Source: Candidatus Zhuqueibacterota bacterium (GTDB taxonomy: Bacteria; Zhuqueibacterota; Zhuqueibacteria; Thermofontimicrobiales; Thermofontimicrobiaceae). Taken from it: DNA of 64,000 bases. The position numbers and the translations under genes are program-made. The DNA is taken from assembly GCA_049322915.1 (NCBI GenBank), contig JBMOPW010000034.1, positions 64,001 through 128,000 on the forward strand. Direction: 5' to 3'. Shown one piece after another: positions 9,501-17,115 of this stretch. Each line of letters starts with the position of its first letter. Position 1 is the first letter of the stretch. The notes beneath the pieces are model-generated. The model did not search any database. It saw nothing but the letters and a program-made list of their open reading frames with translations, and was not told the origin of the DNA.

Positions 9501-12034
9501 TCAAACCCTATCTGAAATTGGGCCGAAATCGGATAGCTATTTCCGTGTGGAATGAGTATAAAATTGGTGACTTCTTTTACGGCGGCTTCGATTGTGAATT
9601 CGTCGTGGATGGTGAAGCGAAAATCAGGCGCGGCGACCAGAACTGGACGCACCCGGATGCAACCTGGTGGTATTTTGGGGAGAACGGTGATTTTGAAACC
9701 AAGCCGGTTGACACAATTAACAATCGTCTATGGTTTTATGGCGAATACGGCCTGTCCGAAATCGATTCTGTCACGGCCAACTGGTCGTTCGAGCCGATTG
9801 TAGGCGATACGCTGTATGATGACACCCCGTACGGACAGGTTGCCATTCTGCACAACATAGCATGGATACAGGGGATCTCCGGTTCGTCCATGCGATTCAG
9901 CGGGGCCTATGACTCGTATGTTGAATTGCGGACCAATCTGAATACAGTTCCGCAGTCCATTGAGCTGTGGTTCAATTGCTACGGGCTTCGTTCCGGGTAC
10001 CAGAACATCATTACCAACAAAGGGAGCGGCTCCTTTGGCCATGGCTTATTCATCAATGAAACCGGCCTACTGGGCGTGTATTATTACGATGGTGAATTTC
10101 TGACCGACTACCTGGTTCAATTGAATACCTGGTTGTTCGTTTCCACGCAGTACTCCAATGATCGAATCAGGGTTTATATCAATAACACGCTCGTCGGGGA
10201 GTATGACATCACTGAGGATGAGGCAGGAAATCCCACCGGAGGAAATTACTGCTATCTTGGAGGCAATCCCCTGGGGGCTGATACAACGGCATTCAACGGC
10301 GCTATCGATGAATTGGTGATTAAAAACTCGGCATTTGCGCCATCGCCGATGCAAGCGGTCGCGACAATTTCAGTTTCAGAGCCGGACTCCGTGGTCAAAT
10401 TGAAAGAGTTGCAATTATCGTTCAATGTGTTCCCCAGCCCGTTTAAGCTGATCAGCGGAACCCTGGAATATGCAAAGGGCGGAAGCCAGAATTACCATTC
10501 AGTGACAGTGCCTGCGTCCGATTCGCTCGTTTCACCGGTCATCGTCAGTATTCCCGCCGACTCGATGACCATTCGGGGATTGAAGTACAGAATCTACCTC
10601 ACGACGAATTATGGGTCGGTTTATTTCCCACAAACCGGCGAGGGCGAAGAATATTTCTCCTGGATCAATGTCAGGACCAGCGGCGAGAATTCAACAGTGA
10701 CAATTCCTGAAAAGATATATAAGATGGTTTCTGTCCCGTACGAAGCGGACAGCCAATCGGTGTTTTCTGTGCTTGCCGATGATTTGAAAGAATACAATCC
10801 ATATTTCTGGCGATTGTTCGAATGGGATCATGAAGATACCCAGTATGTTGAATTCGGCGATACGCTCTGGCAATCCGGCCGAGGATTTGAACGCGGAAAA
10901 TCCTACTGGTTAATCTCAACCCGCGCTCTCAGTTTCGATGCCGGCTCAGGACATTCACCATCTGAGACGCATTATCGAATACAGCTAACCCCGGGCTGGA
11001 ACATGATTTCCAATCCATTCCCGTATTCTGTGAGCTGGCTCTCTGTTCTGAAATCGTCAGAGGGCATCGCCGATCCGGTTTATTGGGCTGCCGATGACAC
11101 AATTCGCTGGATTTACAATGTGGAGGAATTGGCGCCGTGGGCTGGTTATTTTCTCTGGAACGGAGACGCCAGCACGCGAAGTATTCTGATTCCGCCTCTG
11201 GAGTCGAGTGAAGTGCCTTTGAAAAAGCCGCTTTCGCTGGCAGATCGATACGAGGAAAAATATGGACAAATCTCAGTTTTGATCGCTGCAGAAGCGCGGT
11301 GCGGAAGATTTGTCGATATAGACAACCTGTTCGGCATCGCTGAAAACGCGAACAACGAACTGGATAGCTACGATATGAAGGAGGCGCCGGCTATTGGCAA
11401 TTTCGTGTCCCTGTTCATCGATAATAAGTCGTGGTCAGAGCAGGGGGGAGCTTACACTGTGGATATCCGAAAGCAGGATGGCGCCGGACAATGCTGGCCA
11501 GTCACGCTTTTATATACACTGGAAAGTCCGCCCAATAACATGTCCCTCTCATTGAAACCAATAACGGCGTTGCCTGAAGATTGGTCGATGTATCTTTTTG
11601 ACCTGTCAAATGATTTAGCCGTGAATATCGGTGAAGAGAAAAGCCTTGCTTTCAAGCCGGTGGCCAAACAACCGACGAAGAAAAATTATAAATTGATTGT
11701 TGGTACCCGGGAGTTCATCGAAAGCAATTCGGACGGGATACCGCTGGTTCCGCTCAAGTTTGAATTGTTCCAGAATTATCCTAACCCGTTCAATGCAGCG
11801 ACGACCATCAGTTTTAATCTCCCGGAACGAATGAAAGCGACTGTGAAAATCTACAATGTGCTGGGGCAACTTGTAAAGACTGTTGTAGACGATGCGGAGA
11901 TGCGTGGCGGGCATCAAACGCTCATTTGGGACGGAAAGAACGAGCATGGTAATTTGGTCACAACAGGCCTGTACCTGGTTCGTTTGGAGACCAAAAAGGA
12001 CATCGCCATTAAGAAGCTACTCTTAATCAAGTAA
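3569..12034 (+). CDS. Giant secreted surface protein (2821 aa): N-terminal propeller-like region, 14 choice-of-anchor-D/ASH-type Ig-like repeats, LamG-like domain, T9SS type A/FlgD-like C-terminal domain
   Basis: Fourteen ~100-aa repeats (P-x-I...L-x-FG...N-x-G...L-x-I...F-x-P...SNDP...L-x-G-x-G) at about 4778-9190. LamG motifs IELWF and FNGAIDE. C-terminal QNYPNPFN...WDGKN...KKLLLIK. Confidence 0.88.
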   Translation: MKAYTWQRVLSLVIAIHFLGLSFAHADITSKHSNIFTLDTRVQNPDPVDGWQIVTNQGNTYNEDIIIDDVGKVWCFYLRNIGPNPPVYMKIFTSTGYIYKHETVVGHASPFTYFVQNSIRAALNSETGDVWVALEGNSGGYFVRYDSTGEVVQDSTLLAEESHLPKIIEGTDGQMWFSWHTFANGGAESFGKIAAYSNSGALAIRPIFVSQFNNVFNTDIAMDDSNQIWVVLDSNDNGNFASRYCVFNEDLDLIIAGNVISNNPIPLNPQRQILADRINGRVWILAKNDTTQKQKLNMYGLDGSLLTSINNVGECAFLRNETNHLEVMRFNSSDPLNKLYQIAMFNAQDGSLFQDWTTEFDSTYSFVRNGLSYEGAQNGLKIYAVHEEENLTRIKFLEVTAGLPEITISPSSVNFDTTKIINGYIKHKDIKVSNIGNATLAITDINNERSNFFVSDTVLQLSPGQSDNITVYFDPADTNVLYDTLIVHSNSVQNNPFEVALAGRGYNPGFPDILVNPTTLDFDSLVVRNSLIRYLYVYNQDVYEHLVISSVTSQSPHFSHSTDGFTLGPKRGEYIAVTFRPTYAGTHLDTLYISSNDPENPNLAVPLFGVGLSGEEPQIVVDVDSLYFGELALGRDKVLYVGIENEGQTTLTVSEIASSDSQFTAEPAEFSLSPYSKRYIAVNFHAYRLGEALATLTIQSDDLEFPEYNIKLVGIGREEYPPSISVYSDSIDFGIVPVGNQSLKYFWVINEGEQTLDVESLVSSDKQFITDRSSFSLTPGGVQMVAVTFVPDEPGLINAELILSSNDPENSRKSVTLVGQGRNLTEPNLVVNAQQLDFGAVGISHSTTKYFTVYNSGEQTLSVTNIYISGVQGNPYNVHPGSFNLSPYQYQTIYVTFTPNVLGQLNGTLNIESNDPPTRTVSLVGTGRLLNDPNLYVDKSLVSFSETAITRTTNSYLWFSNTGEQELIVETMTHSDTSFSVNIDNFSLNPGQSQYVVVSFAPKQVGEYLDTLKVYSNDPEDRLKNIVLLGSGRNLYSQNIQISNDSLAFGAVPINQRITYGLVVYNTGEQDLTISNIGNALPEFLVDTRQFTVSSNSYRTLYITFEPDSLKDYNDELSISSNDPETPVSTVKLSGIGRNLLDQNLATAPDSLFFGSIGVGLNHTMSIQLRNIGEKNLVIDSIRVTHPMFSLSGQSALTLSPGASQWLNITFTPTAVDTFDAELHLYSDDVDSSDFIVPLLGYGRELTGPNLVVSPDELNFQDVPVRGIEEVFLSVYNSGEQHLNITDIQSGDVQFVPAPTELTLSPGASQLVKVTFSPMAIDTFETELIFFSNDGDSSEFEVPMTGIGRDLREQNYVSNVKSVEFGEVMLGQRITRSITFSNSGDLPLVLYNCTTTDTHFVCATDSFIVIGGSEYALQITFTPSDTHFVQADLIFNTNDPDVYSTTIPLRGSGQMDTQQIAVSPGALSFGDVRIHTTRSRSIQVSNFGEKTLNVFNIIPTDTVYSTSIGSFSLIPNETRTVFVYFTPDTIRSYQAQLLFVSDDPVTDTLAVILYGVGRDSLSAAITTSTDSLGFGEVAVDFSRSIHMTLYNSGEKTLQISNITTTDSVFSVGLTNFNVNPNSQALLLVTFTPESITSYADTLTIFSNDPNNDTLLIELTGIGRKQNDQHIAVSDTSLNFGVVPTDRSSTKTFWVYNNGEKTLDVTQIAVSDSQYTVNKEWLLIAPGQYEYLQVTFSPDLEDTIKAVLTLTSNDPDESDKTIQLSGIGELYTGPRIIALNNSLNFGNMLIGATKKMTFRVKNLSLTDTLIINNLTSNNSNFTVSKSEIKAPPMDSTSIQVTYKPNSIGYHSAALTLYSNDLYQEQFNFWVYGQGISENVGTNYLANLGWKVNGYSPFGQYFSPNPYTDDVLSGSDILNDPNGRADRAWFVKDVFIYDNPDTAILNICYDDQIFLYVNGTYVYNDTSATPLHWNIADLNVKPYLKLGRNRIAISVWNEYKIGDFFYGGFDCEFVVDGEAKIRRGDQNWTHPDATWWYFGENGDFETKPVDTINNRLWFYGEYGLSEIDSVTANWSFEPIVGDTLYDDTPYGQVAILHNIAWIQGISGSSMRFSGAYDSYVELRTNLNTVPQSIELWFNCYGLRSGYQNIITNKGSGSFGHGLFINETGLLGVYYYDGEFLTDYLVQLNTWLFVSTQYSNDRIRVYINNTLVGEYDITEDEAGNPTGGNYCYLGGNPLGADTTAFNGAIDELVIKNSAFAPSPMQAVATISVSEPDSVVKLKELQLSFNVFPSPFKLISGTLEYAKGGSQNYHSVTVPASDSLVSPVIVSIPADSMTIRGLKYRIYLTTNYGSVYFPQTGEGEEYFSWINVRTSGENSTVTIPEKIYKMVSVPYEADSQSVFSVLADDLKEYNPYFWRLFEWDHEDTQYVEFGDTLWQSGRGFERGKSYWLISTRALSFDAGSGHSPSETHYRIQLTPGWNMISNPFPYSVSWLSVLKSSEGIADPVYWAADDTIRWIYNVEELAPWAGYFLWNGDASTRSILIPPLESSEVPLKKPLSLADRYEEKYGQISVLIAAEARCGRFVDIDNLFGIAENANNELDSYDMKEAPAIGNFVSLFIDNKSWSEQGGAYTVDIRKQDGAGQCWPVTLLYTLESPPNNMSLSLKPITALPEDWSMYLFDLSNDLAVNIGEEKSLAFKPVAKQPTKKNYKLIVGTREFIESNSDGIPLVPLKFELFQNYPNPFNAATTISFNLPERMKATVKIYNVLGQLVKTVVDDAEMRGGHQTLIWDGKNEHGNLVTTGLYLVRLETKKDIAIKKLLLIK

Positions 12035-12093
12035 AAGATACGCTCTGGAAATCGGAAGAAAGTCAATGTGCTATGAAAATTTGGAGAATACCC

Positions 12094-13185
12094 ATGTATA
12101 AAATCTATTTGAAAATTCTCGCGGTGATTGCAATATCAGGAACTTTGATCGCTGCGCCTGAGGGTGGAAGATTATCCACTGGATTTGTCTTTCAGAAATG
12201 GACGATTGAAAACGTCACGAATCCGGTTTCCGAAGGCTCCTTTCCGATTGAATTGATCTATCCTTTCATGGATAACCTTCAGGTTCAGGTGAGTCATTTG
12301 CCGGCTCTGTCACAATTTGGTGAATCAAATCTGGCAGGGCTTTCCGACACCTGGATCAGAACGTCGTATTCGCTGATGAACAATCAACTGGCGCTCAGTC
12401 TTGGGGTTGGCCTCCCTACAGGAAAAACAGAGTTGGACTCCACTGAAATCCTCATCACCCAACTCATCAGTCAAAATTCATTCAAGTTCCGACTGCCTGT
12501 TTTTGGTCAAGGCCTGACGCTCTCTGGCGGCGTGATGTATGCGCTGCCAGTGAATGATCTCTTCACAGTGGGTATTGGTGCAAATTATGTGTATCGAGGT
12601 CAATATAAATTCAGCAAACTTTCCCCCTTCGAATATGACCCGGGCGATCAGATTGGTGGAAATATCGGATTTGATTATTCAATCAATCCGTCTCTCACCG
12701 CAAGTCTTGATTGTGTTTATAGCTATTACCTCGCGGACAAGCTGGACAAGACCGAGGTTTTCACCTCTGGTCCCAATTTCACGATTAAATTATTCACCCA
12801 ATACAAACTCGACTTCGGCGATCTGTGGCTGAATGCTTTCTATCGCGCAAAATCCAGGAATGAAACGTGGGATGGCCAGGCGTTGGCGCCGGAAGCGAAA
12901 AATTCGAATGTCACTTTGCGTGAAGTTGAGTTGGGGTCCCGGATCCGGCTCAATGAAATCGTCTTCATCAACGTGCTCACTGAGTTGAGAACCTATGCAA
13001 AGAATGAGTACGATACAGGATCGATCACCATTTTTGGTGGCGGCATTGGATACGATTTATCAGTAACACGGAACTTTGCCCTCTCTATGGGAATTAAATT
13101 GTTCTTCGGAAATGGTGAATTTTTCAATACCACTCCGTCGTTAACTGGCAATGAGTTTTATTTTGGTACTCAATGGTACTTCTAA
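12094..13185 (+). CDS. Putative outer-membrane beta-barrel protein
   Basis: Signal peptide, alternating amphipathic strands, GLSDT and LPTG motifs, C-terminal aromatic signature (FGTQWYF). Confidence 0.7.
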   Translation: MYKIYLKILAVIAISGTLIAAPEGGRLSTGFVFQKWTIENVTNPVSEGSFPIELIYPFMDNLQVQVSHLPALSQFGESNLAGLSDTWIRTSYSLMNNQLALSLGVGLPTGKTELDSTEILITQLISQNSFKFRLPVFGQGLTLSGGVMYALPVNDLFTVGIGANYVYRGQYKFSKLSPFEYDPGDQIGGNIGFDYSINPSLTASLDCVYSYYLADKLDKTEVFTSGPNFTIKLFTQYKLDFGDLWLNAFYRAKSRNETWDGQALAPEAKNSNVTLREVELGSRIRLNEIVFINVLTELRTYAKNEYDTGSITIFGGGIGYDLSVTRNFALSMGIKLFFGNGEFFNTTPSLTGNEFYFGTQWYF

Positions 13186-13211
13186 TCTGATTAACTTACA
13201 TGGATCATGCG

Positions 13212-13895
13212 ATGAAAAAAATTTTCATTCTGTCGTTACCCTTGTTTCTCTTTATCTCTTTAATTTCGTTTTCTCATGCAACTGAAAAAACAATCGCTCT
13301 TCTTGATTTTTCAAATAATTCTCTTTTCGATAAAGAGAAATATTCCTCATTGTCACCTGGTTTGGCTGAAATTATGATCACCGAACTCAGCAAAATAAAA
13401 GCATTCAAATTGGTGGAGAGAAAAAAAATCAACGCACTGATTGAGGAGATGCAACTTTCGCAGAGTGGTTTGATTTCCGAGGAAAGCAATATTCAGGTCG
13501 GAAAATTACTGGGAGCACAATATCTCGTCTTTGGCAGTTACATGGTTAATTCAAAAGATAAGGTGCGAATCGATGTGCGTATTGTCGAGGTGGAAACAGG
13601 CTTGACAATTAAGGCCGAGGAAGTGACGGACAAACTCGATAAAATATTCGATATCATTAAAAAGCTCAATGATAAAATTATAAAAGACCTGGACATCAAA
13701 TTATCAAGCGCAGAACGGCAGACCTTAGACGAGGGAAGTGCTTCATTAGAAGTGATTGCCTATTTTTCCCAGGGAATAGCATTTGAAGAGAAAAAAGAAT
13801 TCGAAAAAGCAAAACAGATGTACATCAAGGCATTGAAAAGTGATCAAAGTTATGAGCCAGCAAAGACGCGCCTGAAAGAACTGATGCAGAAATAA
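13212..13895 (+). CDS. Secreted CsgG/HfaB/FlgO-like protein with a C-terminal TPR
   Basis: IALLDF...GLAEIMITEL...LVERKKINALIEEM...VGKLLGAQYLVFGS...RIVEVETG. Paralogous to the central domain of 961-2334. Confidence 0.82.
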   Translation: MKKIFILSLPLFLFISLISFSHATEKTIALLDFSNNSLFDKEKYSSLSPGLAEIMITELSKIKAFKLVERKKINALIEEMQLSQSGLISEESNIQVGKLLGAQYLVFGSYMVNSKDKVRIDVRIVEVETGLTIKAEEVTDKLDKIFDIIKKLNDKIIKDLDIKLSSAERQTLDEGSASLEVIAYFSQGIAFEEKKEFEKAKQMYIKALKSDQSYEPAKTRLKELMQK

Positions 13896-13914
13896 CATTG
13901 CCACTGAAAATAAA

Positions 13915-13973
13915 AAAAAGCATTTAACTATTAATTTCTTAATGGATAAAAAAACAATAGTTGAATGCTTTTT
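13915..13973. terminator. Putative bidirectional terminator between convergent genes
   Basis: Inverted repeat AAAAAGCATTTAACTATT / AATAGTTGAATGCTTTTT. Confidence 0.55.
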
Positions 13974-13997
13974 CTGTGCTAAAAAAATCGACTTGCA

Positions 13998-14216
13998 TTA
14001 ATTCGCAGCGGCAGCTAAATTGACCTGATAGGGCATCTGTTGCCGTGCGACCGTACCGACGGTGATGAAGCTGTACAAATCTCTTCCGCAGTTATTTTTG
14101 CATTTGAAATTTCTAAAGATTTCATCACAATTATCCTGAGATGTAATTCGAAATTTCTCAACATTACCGCATGATTCACAGGTAATGATGAGTTCTGTGA
14201 CATCGATTCTTTTCAT
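13998..14216 (-). CDS. Small Cys-rich (putative zinc-ribbon) protein, 72 aa
   Basis: CESC...CKNNC. Strong GAGGAG RBS and a sigma54-type promoter upstream. Confidence 0.7.
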   Translation of the reverse strand: MKRIDVTELIITCESCGNVEKFRITSQDNCDEIFRNFKCKNNCGRDLYSFITVGTVARQQMPYQVNLAAAAN

Positions 14217-14267
14217 TGAGCCTTCTCCTCGTATGGCGAATTTGTGTTTTGAATTAGTCTAAATATG

Positions 14268-14283
14268 GCAATATCCATACCAG
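14268..14283 (-). promoter_or_regulatory. Putative sigma54 promoter for the 72-aa gene
   Basis: Minus strand CTGGTATGGATATTGC (GG-N10-GC), about 50 bp upstream of the start codon. Confidence 0.65.
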
Positions 14284-14350
14284 GCGATAAAGTCAATATA
14301 TAGTATGATCATAATTATTCAAGTACAATATGTAGATTATTAATTGACAA

Positions 14351-14368
14351 AGTGTCTCAATTCGGACA
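14351..14368. promoter_or_regulatory. Putative upstream activating sequence
   Basis: TGTCTCAATTCGGACA, about 70-85 bp upstream of the -24 element. Matches the 874-891 palindrome. Confidence 0.55.
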
Positions 14369-14440
14369 AGCACTGGATAATTATAAAACAATCATTCAAT
14401 TGATACCTGGAAAATAACTAACTGAATGTTATCTTAGAAT

Positions 14441-14569
14441 ATGAAATTAATTATCATATCATTACTGGTCCTTGTCATTCTCATCCTGAAACGACAGATT
14501 AAAAAAAGTCCCAGCAAAATTAGAGAAAGACGAAGCCGAATCCTGGATAGAATGCGCCATCATGAATGA
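14441..14569 (+). CDS. Possible 42-aa small membrane protein
   Basis: MKLIIISLLVLVILILKRQIKKSPSKIRERRSRILDRMRHHE: a hydrophobic helix followed by a basic tail. No clear RBS. Confidence 0.35.
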   Translation: MKLIIISLLVLVILILKRQIKKSPSKIRERRSRILDRMRHHE

Positions 14570-14611
14570 TACGAATTCAATCAGAAAAATATAAATATGC
14601 TAAAAAAACTC

Positions 14612-14640
14612 TTGCATTATTTTTAATTTATTTGTATATT
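14612..14640 (+). promoter_or_regulatory. Sigma70-type promoter of the tRNA cluster
   Basis: TTGCAT-N17-TATATT just upstream of tRNA-Gly. Confidence 0.65.
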
Positions 14641-14657
14641 TGCAGGCGATAAAATAA

Positions 14658-14729
14658 GCGGGAGTAGTTCAGTGGTAGAACACCACCTTGCCAAGGTGGT
14701 TGTCGCGAGTTCAAGTCTCGTCTCCCGCT
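14658..14729 (+). tRNA. tRNA-Gly(GCC)
   Basis: Cloverleaf; anticodon arm CCACC-TTGCCAA-GGTGG; T-loop TTCAAGT. Confidence 0.96.
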
Positions 14730-14737
14730 CAATTTTA

Positions 14738-14810
14738 GGCGGCGTAGCCAAGTGGCTAAGGCGGAGGTCTGCAAAACCTCTATGCATCGGTTCGACTCCG
14801 ATCGCCGCCT
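14738..14810 (+). tRNA. tRNA-Cys(GCA)
   Basis: GGCGGCG/CGCCGCC acceptor stem; GAGGT-CTGCAAA-ACCTC; U discriminator. Confidence 0.96.
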
Positions 14811-14823
14811 CGTCTAAGTAAGA

Positions 14824-14909
14824 GCCGGGGTGGCGGAATTGGTAGACGCAAGGGACTTAAAATCCCTCGGATATTTATATCCGTGCCGGTTCGACTCCGG
14901 CCCTCGGCA
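14824..14909 (+). tRNA. tRNA-Leu(TAA)
   Basis: AGGGA-CTTAAAA-TCCCT; long variable arm; classic Gly-Cys-Leu order. Confidence 0.96.
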
Positions 14910-14992
14910 CATATCGAAAATAAGTGCTGTAAATAAATCTTAAAAGCGGAGTCATTTTATTTATGGCACGCTTTTTTATTATAAAAATACAC

Positions 14993-15066
14993 GGGCGATT
15001 AGCTCAGATGGTTAGAGTGCTTGCTTGACATGCAAGAGGTCACTGGTTCAATTCCAGTATCGCCCA
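14993..15066 (+). tRNA. tRNA-Val(GAC)
   Basis: CTTGC-TTGACAT-GCAAG; GGGCGAT/ATCGCCC acceptor stem. Confidence 0.96.
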
Positions 15067-15163
15067 CTAACATAATGAAAAAATTGAGATATGCCGAATT
15101 CTGCACACAATGGGGATTCGGCTTATAATATTTAGAGGCTGTTAATAAACTGTAAATTGTGAC

Positions 15164-17083
15164 ATGAATAAAATTACAATTACATTCCCTGACGGAGAAC
15201 AGAAAGCCTTTGACAAGGGTATCACCCCGGAGGCAATAGTCAAGGAAATAAGCCATTCATTGGCCAAGAAAACCGTTGCGGCAAAGTTAAATGACAGGTT
15301 GATTGATATTAACAGGCCTTTAGTCGAAAATGGAACGCTTGTTTTTATCACCAATGATACAAAAGAAGGGCGGGAAGTCTTCTGGCATAGCACCGCTCAC
15401 ATCATGGCCCACGCAATAAAGAGATTATATCCCGAAGCAAAATTTGGCTTTGGCCCGGCTCTTGAGGATCGTTTTTTTTATGATTTCGAAATCAATAAAT
15501 CCCTTAGCCTGGAAGACCTGGACGCAATTGAAAAAAAGATGATGGAAATCGTGGAAGAAGATGCTCCATTCATCCGCGAAGAAATTTCAAGGGAAGAAGC
15601 GGTGAAAATTTTCACCGAAAGAAAAGAGCCCTATAAAGTCGAGCATATTGCCGATCTTGACAGCAATACGAGCATCTACAAAGAAGGTGATTTTATCGAC
15701 CTGTGCTCCGGTCCGCATCTTCCGTCGACTGGGCTGGTGAGAAACTTCAAGCTACTGGCTATTTCTGGCGCCTATTGGAAGGGCAATGAAAAAAATCCAA
15801 TGCTTCAACGGATTTATGGAGTTTCCTATCCCAAGAAAACCGAGTTGGATGATTTCCTGTTCAAATTAGAAGAAGCTAAAAAGCGCGATCACCGCCGGTT
15901 GGGACGCGAGTTGGATCTGTTCAGCATAAACGATGATTGCGGAGCTGGTTTGATACTATGGCATCCTAAAGGTGCACTCATCAGAAAAATAATGGAAGAT
16001 TTCTGGCGGGATGAACATCTCGAAGCCGGTTACGAATTAGTCAACACTCCACATATTGCGCGACTCGACCTGTGGGCGAAAAGTGGTCACTTAGATTTCT
16101 TCACCGAAAATATGTACAGCCCAATTGAAATGGACAACATGAAATACCAGTTAAAGCCCATGAATTGTCCGTTTCATTTACTCATTTATAAGAGCCAGGG
16201 AAAAAGCTATCGCGATTTACCAATACGATGGGCTGAATTAGGCACCGTGTATCGCTACGAGCGTTCTGGCGTTTTGCATGGTTTGATGCGAGTTCGGGGA
16301 TTCACTCAGGATGATGCCCACATTTTTTGTCGACCGGACCAACTCCAGGATGAGATTATTAATTGTTTAGATTTCACAATGTTCATTCTAACGACTTTTG
16401 GCTTCAGTGAATTCGAAATTTATTTATCCACACGACCAGAACATTTCGTCGGGACAATTGAAAACTGGGACCAGGCAACGAATGCGTTGAAAAATGCTTT
16501 AGAAAAAAGAGAGTTAGATTATACAATCGATCCCGGTGAAGGCGTCTTTTATGGCCCGAAAATTGATATAAAAATCAAGGACAGCCTTGATCGCGCCTGG
16601 CAATGTACGACCATTCAAGTAGATTTCAATGAACCGGCGCGATTTGATATAACGTATCGCGGCCAGGATGGTCAGGAATATCGGCCCATTATGATTCACA
16701 GGGCACTTATGGGATCATTGGAGCGTTTTTTTGGAACGTTGATCGAGCATTATGCCGGTGCTTTTCCAATTTGGCTTTCTCCGGTTCAGGCTATTGTTCT
16801 ACCCATCACGGATGCTCATGCGGAATATGCAACTCATTTAGAAAAACTCCTAAAAGAGAAAAAAATTCGTTGCAAAGTTGATGATCGAAACGAGAAGGTC
16901 AATCTGAAAATACGTGAAGCCGAAATTCAAAAAATACCTTATATGCTGATTGTCGGGGATAAAGAAAAACAAACAGTTCAGGTGTCAGTTCGAAAAAGGA
17001 AAGAGGGAGATTTAGGTCAATTTCAGATAAATGACTTGATCAATAAAATCACCACAGAAATCGAAAATAAAGTTTGTCACTGA
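15164..17083 (+). CDS. thrS: Threonine--tRNA ligase
   Basis: TGS domain, HSTAH, DLCSGPH, RDHRRLG, KPMNCP, FYGPKID, MIHRA. Confidence 0.98.
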   Translation: MNKITITFPDGEQKAFDKGITPEAIVKEISHSLAKKTVAAKLNDRLIDINRPLVENGTLVFITNDTKEGREVFWHSTAHIMAHAIKRLYPEAKFGFGPALEDRFFYDFEINKSLSLEDLDAIEKKMMEIVEEDAPFIREEISREEAVKIFTERKEPYKVEHIADLDSNTSIYKEGDFIDLCSGPHLPSTGLVRNFKLLAISGAYWKGNEKNPMLQRIYGVSYPKKTELDDFLFKLEEAKKRDHRRLGRELDLFSINDDCGAGLILWHPKGALIRKIMEDFWRDEHLEAGYELVNTPHIARLDLWAKSGHLDFFTENMYSPIEMDNMKYQLKPMNCPFHLLIYKSQGKSYRDLPIRWAELGTVYRYERSGVLHGLMRVRGFTQDDAHIFCRPDQLQDEIINCLDFTMFILTTFGFSEFEIYLSTRPEHFVGTIENWDQATNALKNALEKRELDYTIDPGEGVFYGPKIDIKIKDSLDRAWQCTTIQVDFNEPARFDITYRGQDGQEYRPIMIHRALMGSLERFFGTLIEHYAGAFPIWLSPVQAIVLPITDAHAEYATHLEKLLKEKKIRCKVDDRNEKVNLKIREAEIQKIPYMLIVGDKEKQTVQVSVRKRKEGDLGQFQINDLINKITTEIENKVCH

Positions 17084-17115
17084 GTTGCGTTCAACAAAAT
17101 TAACGGAGGCTAATT

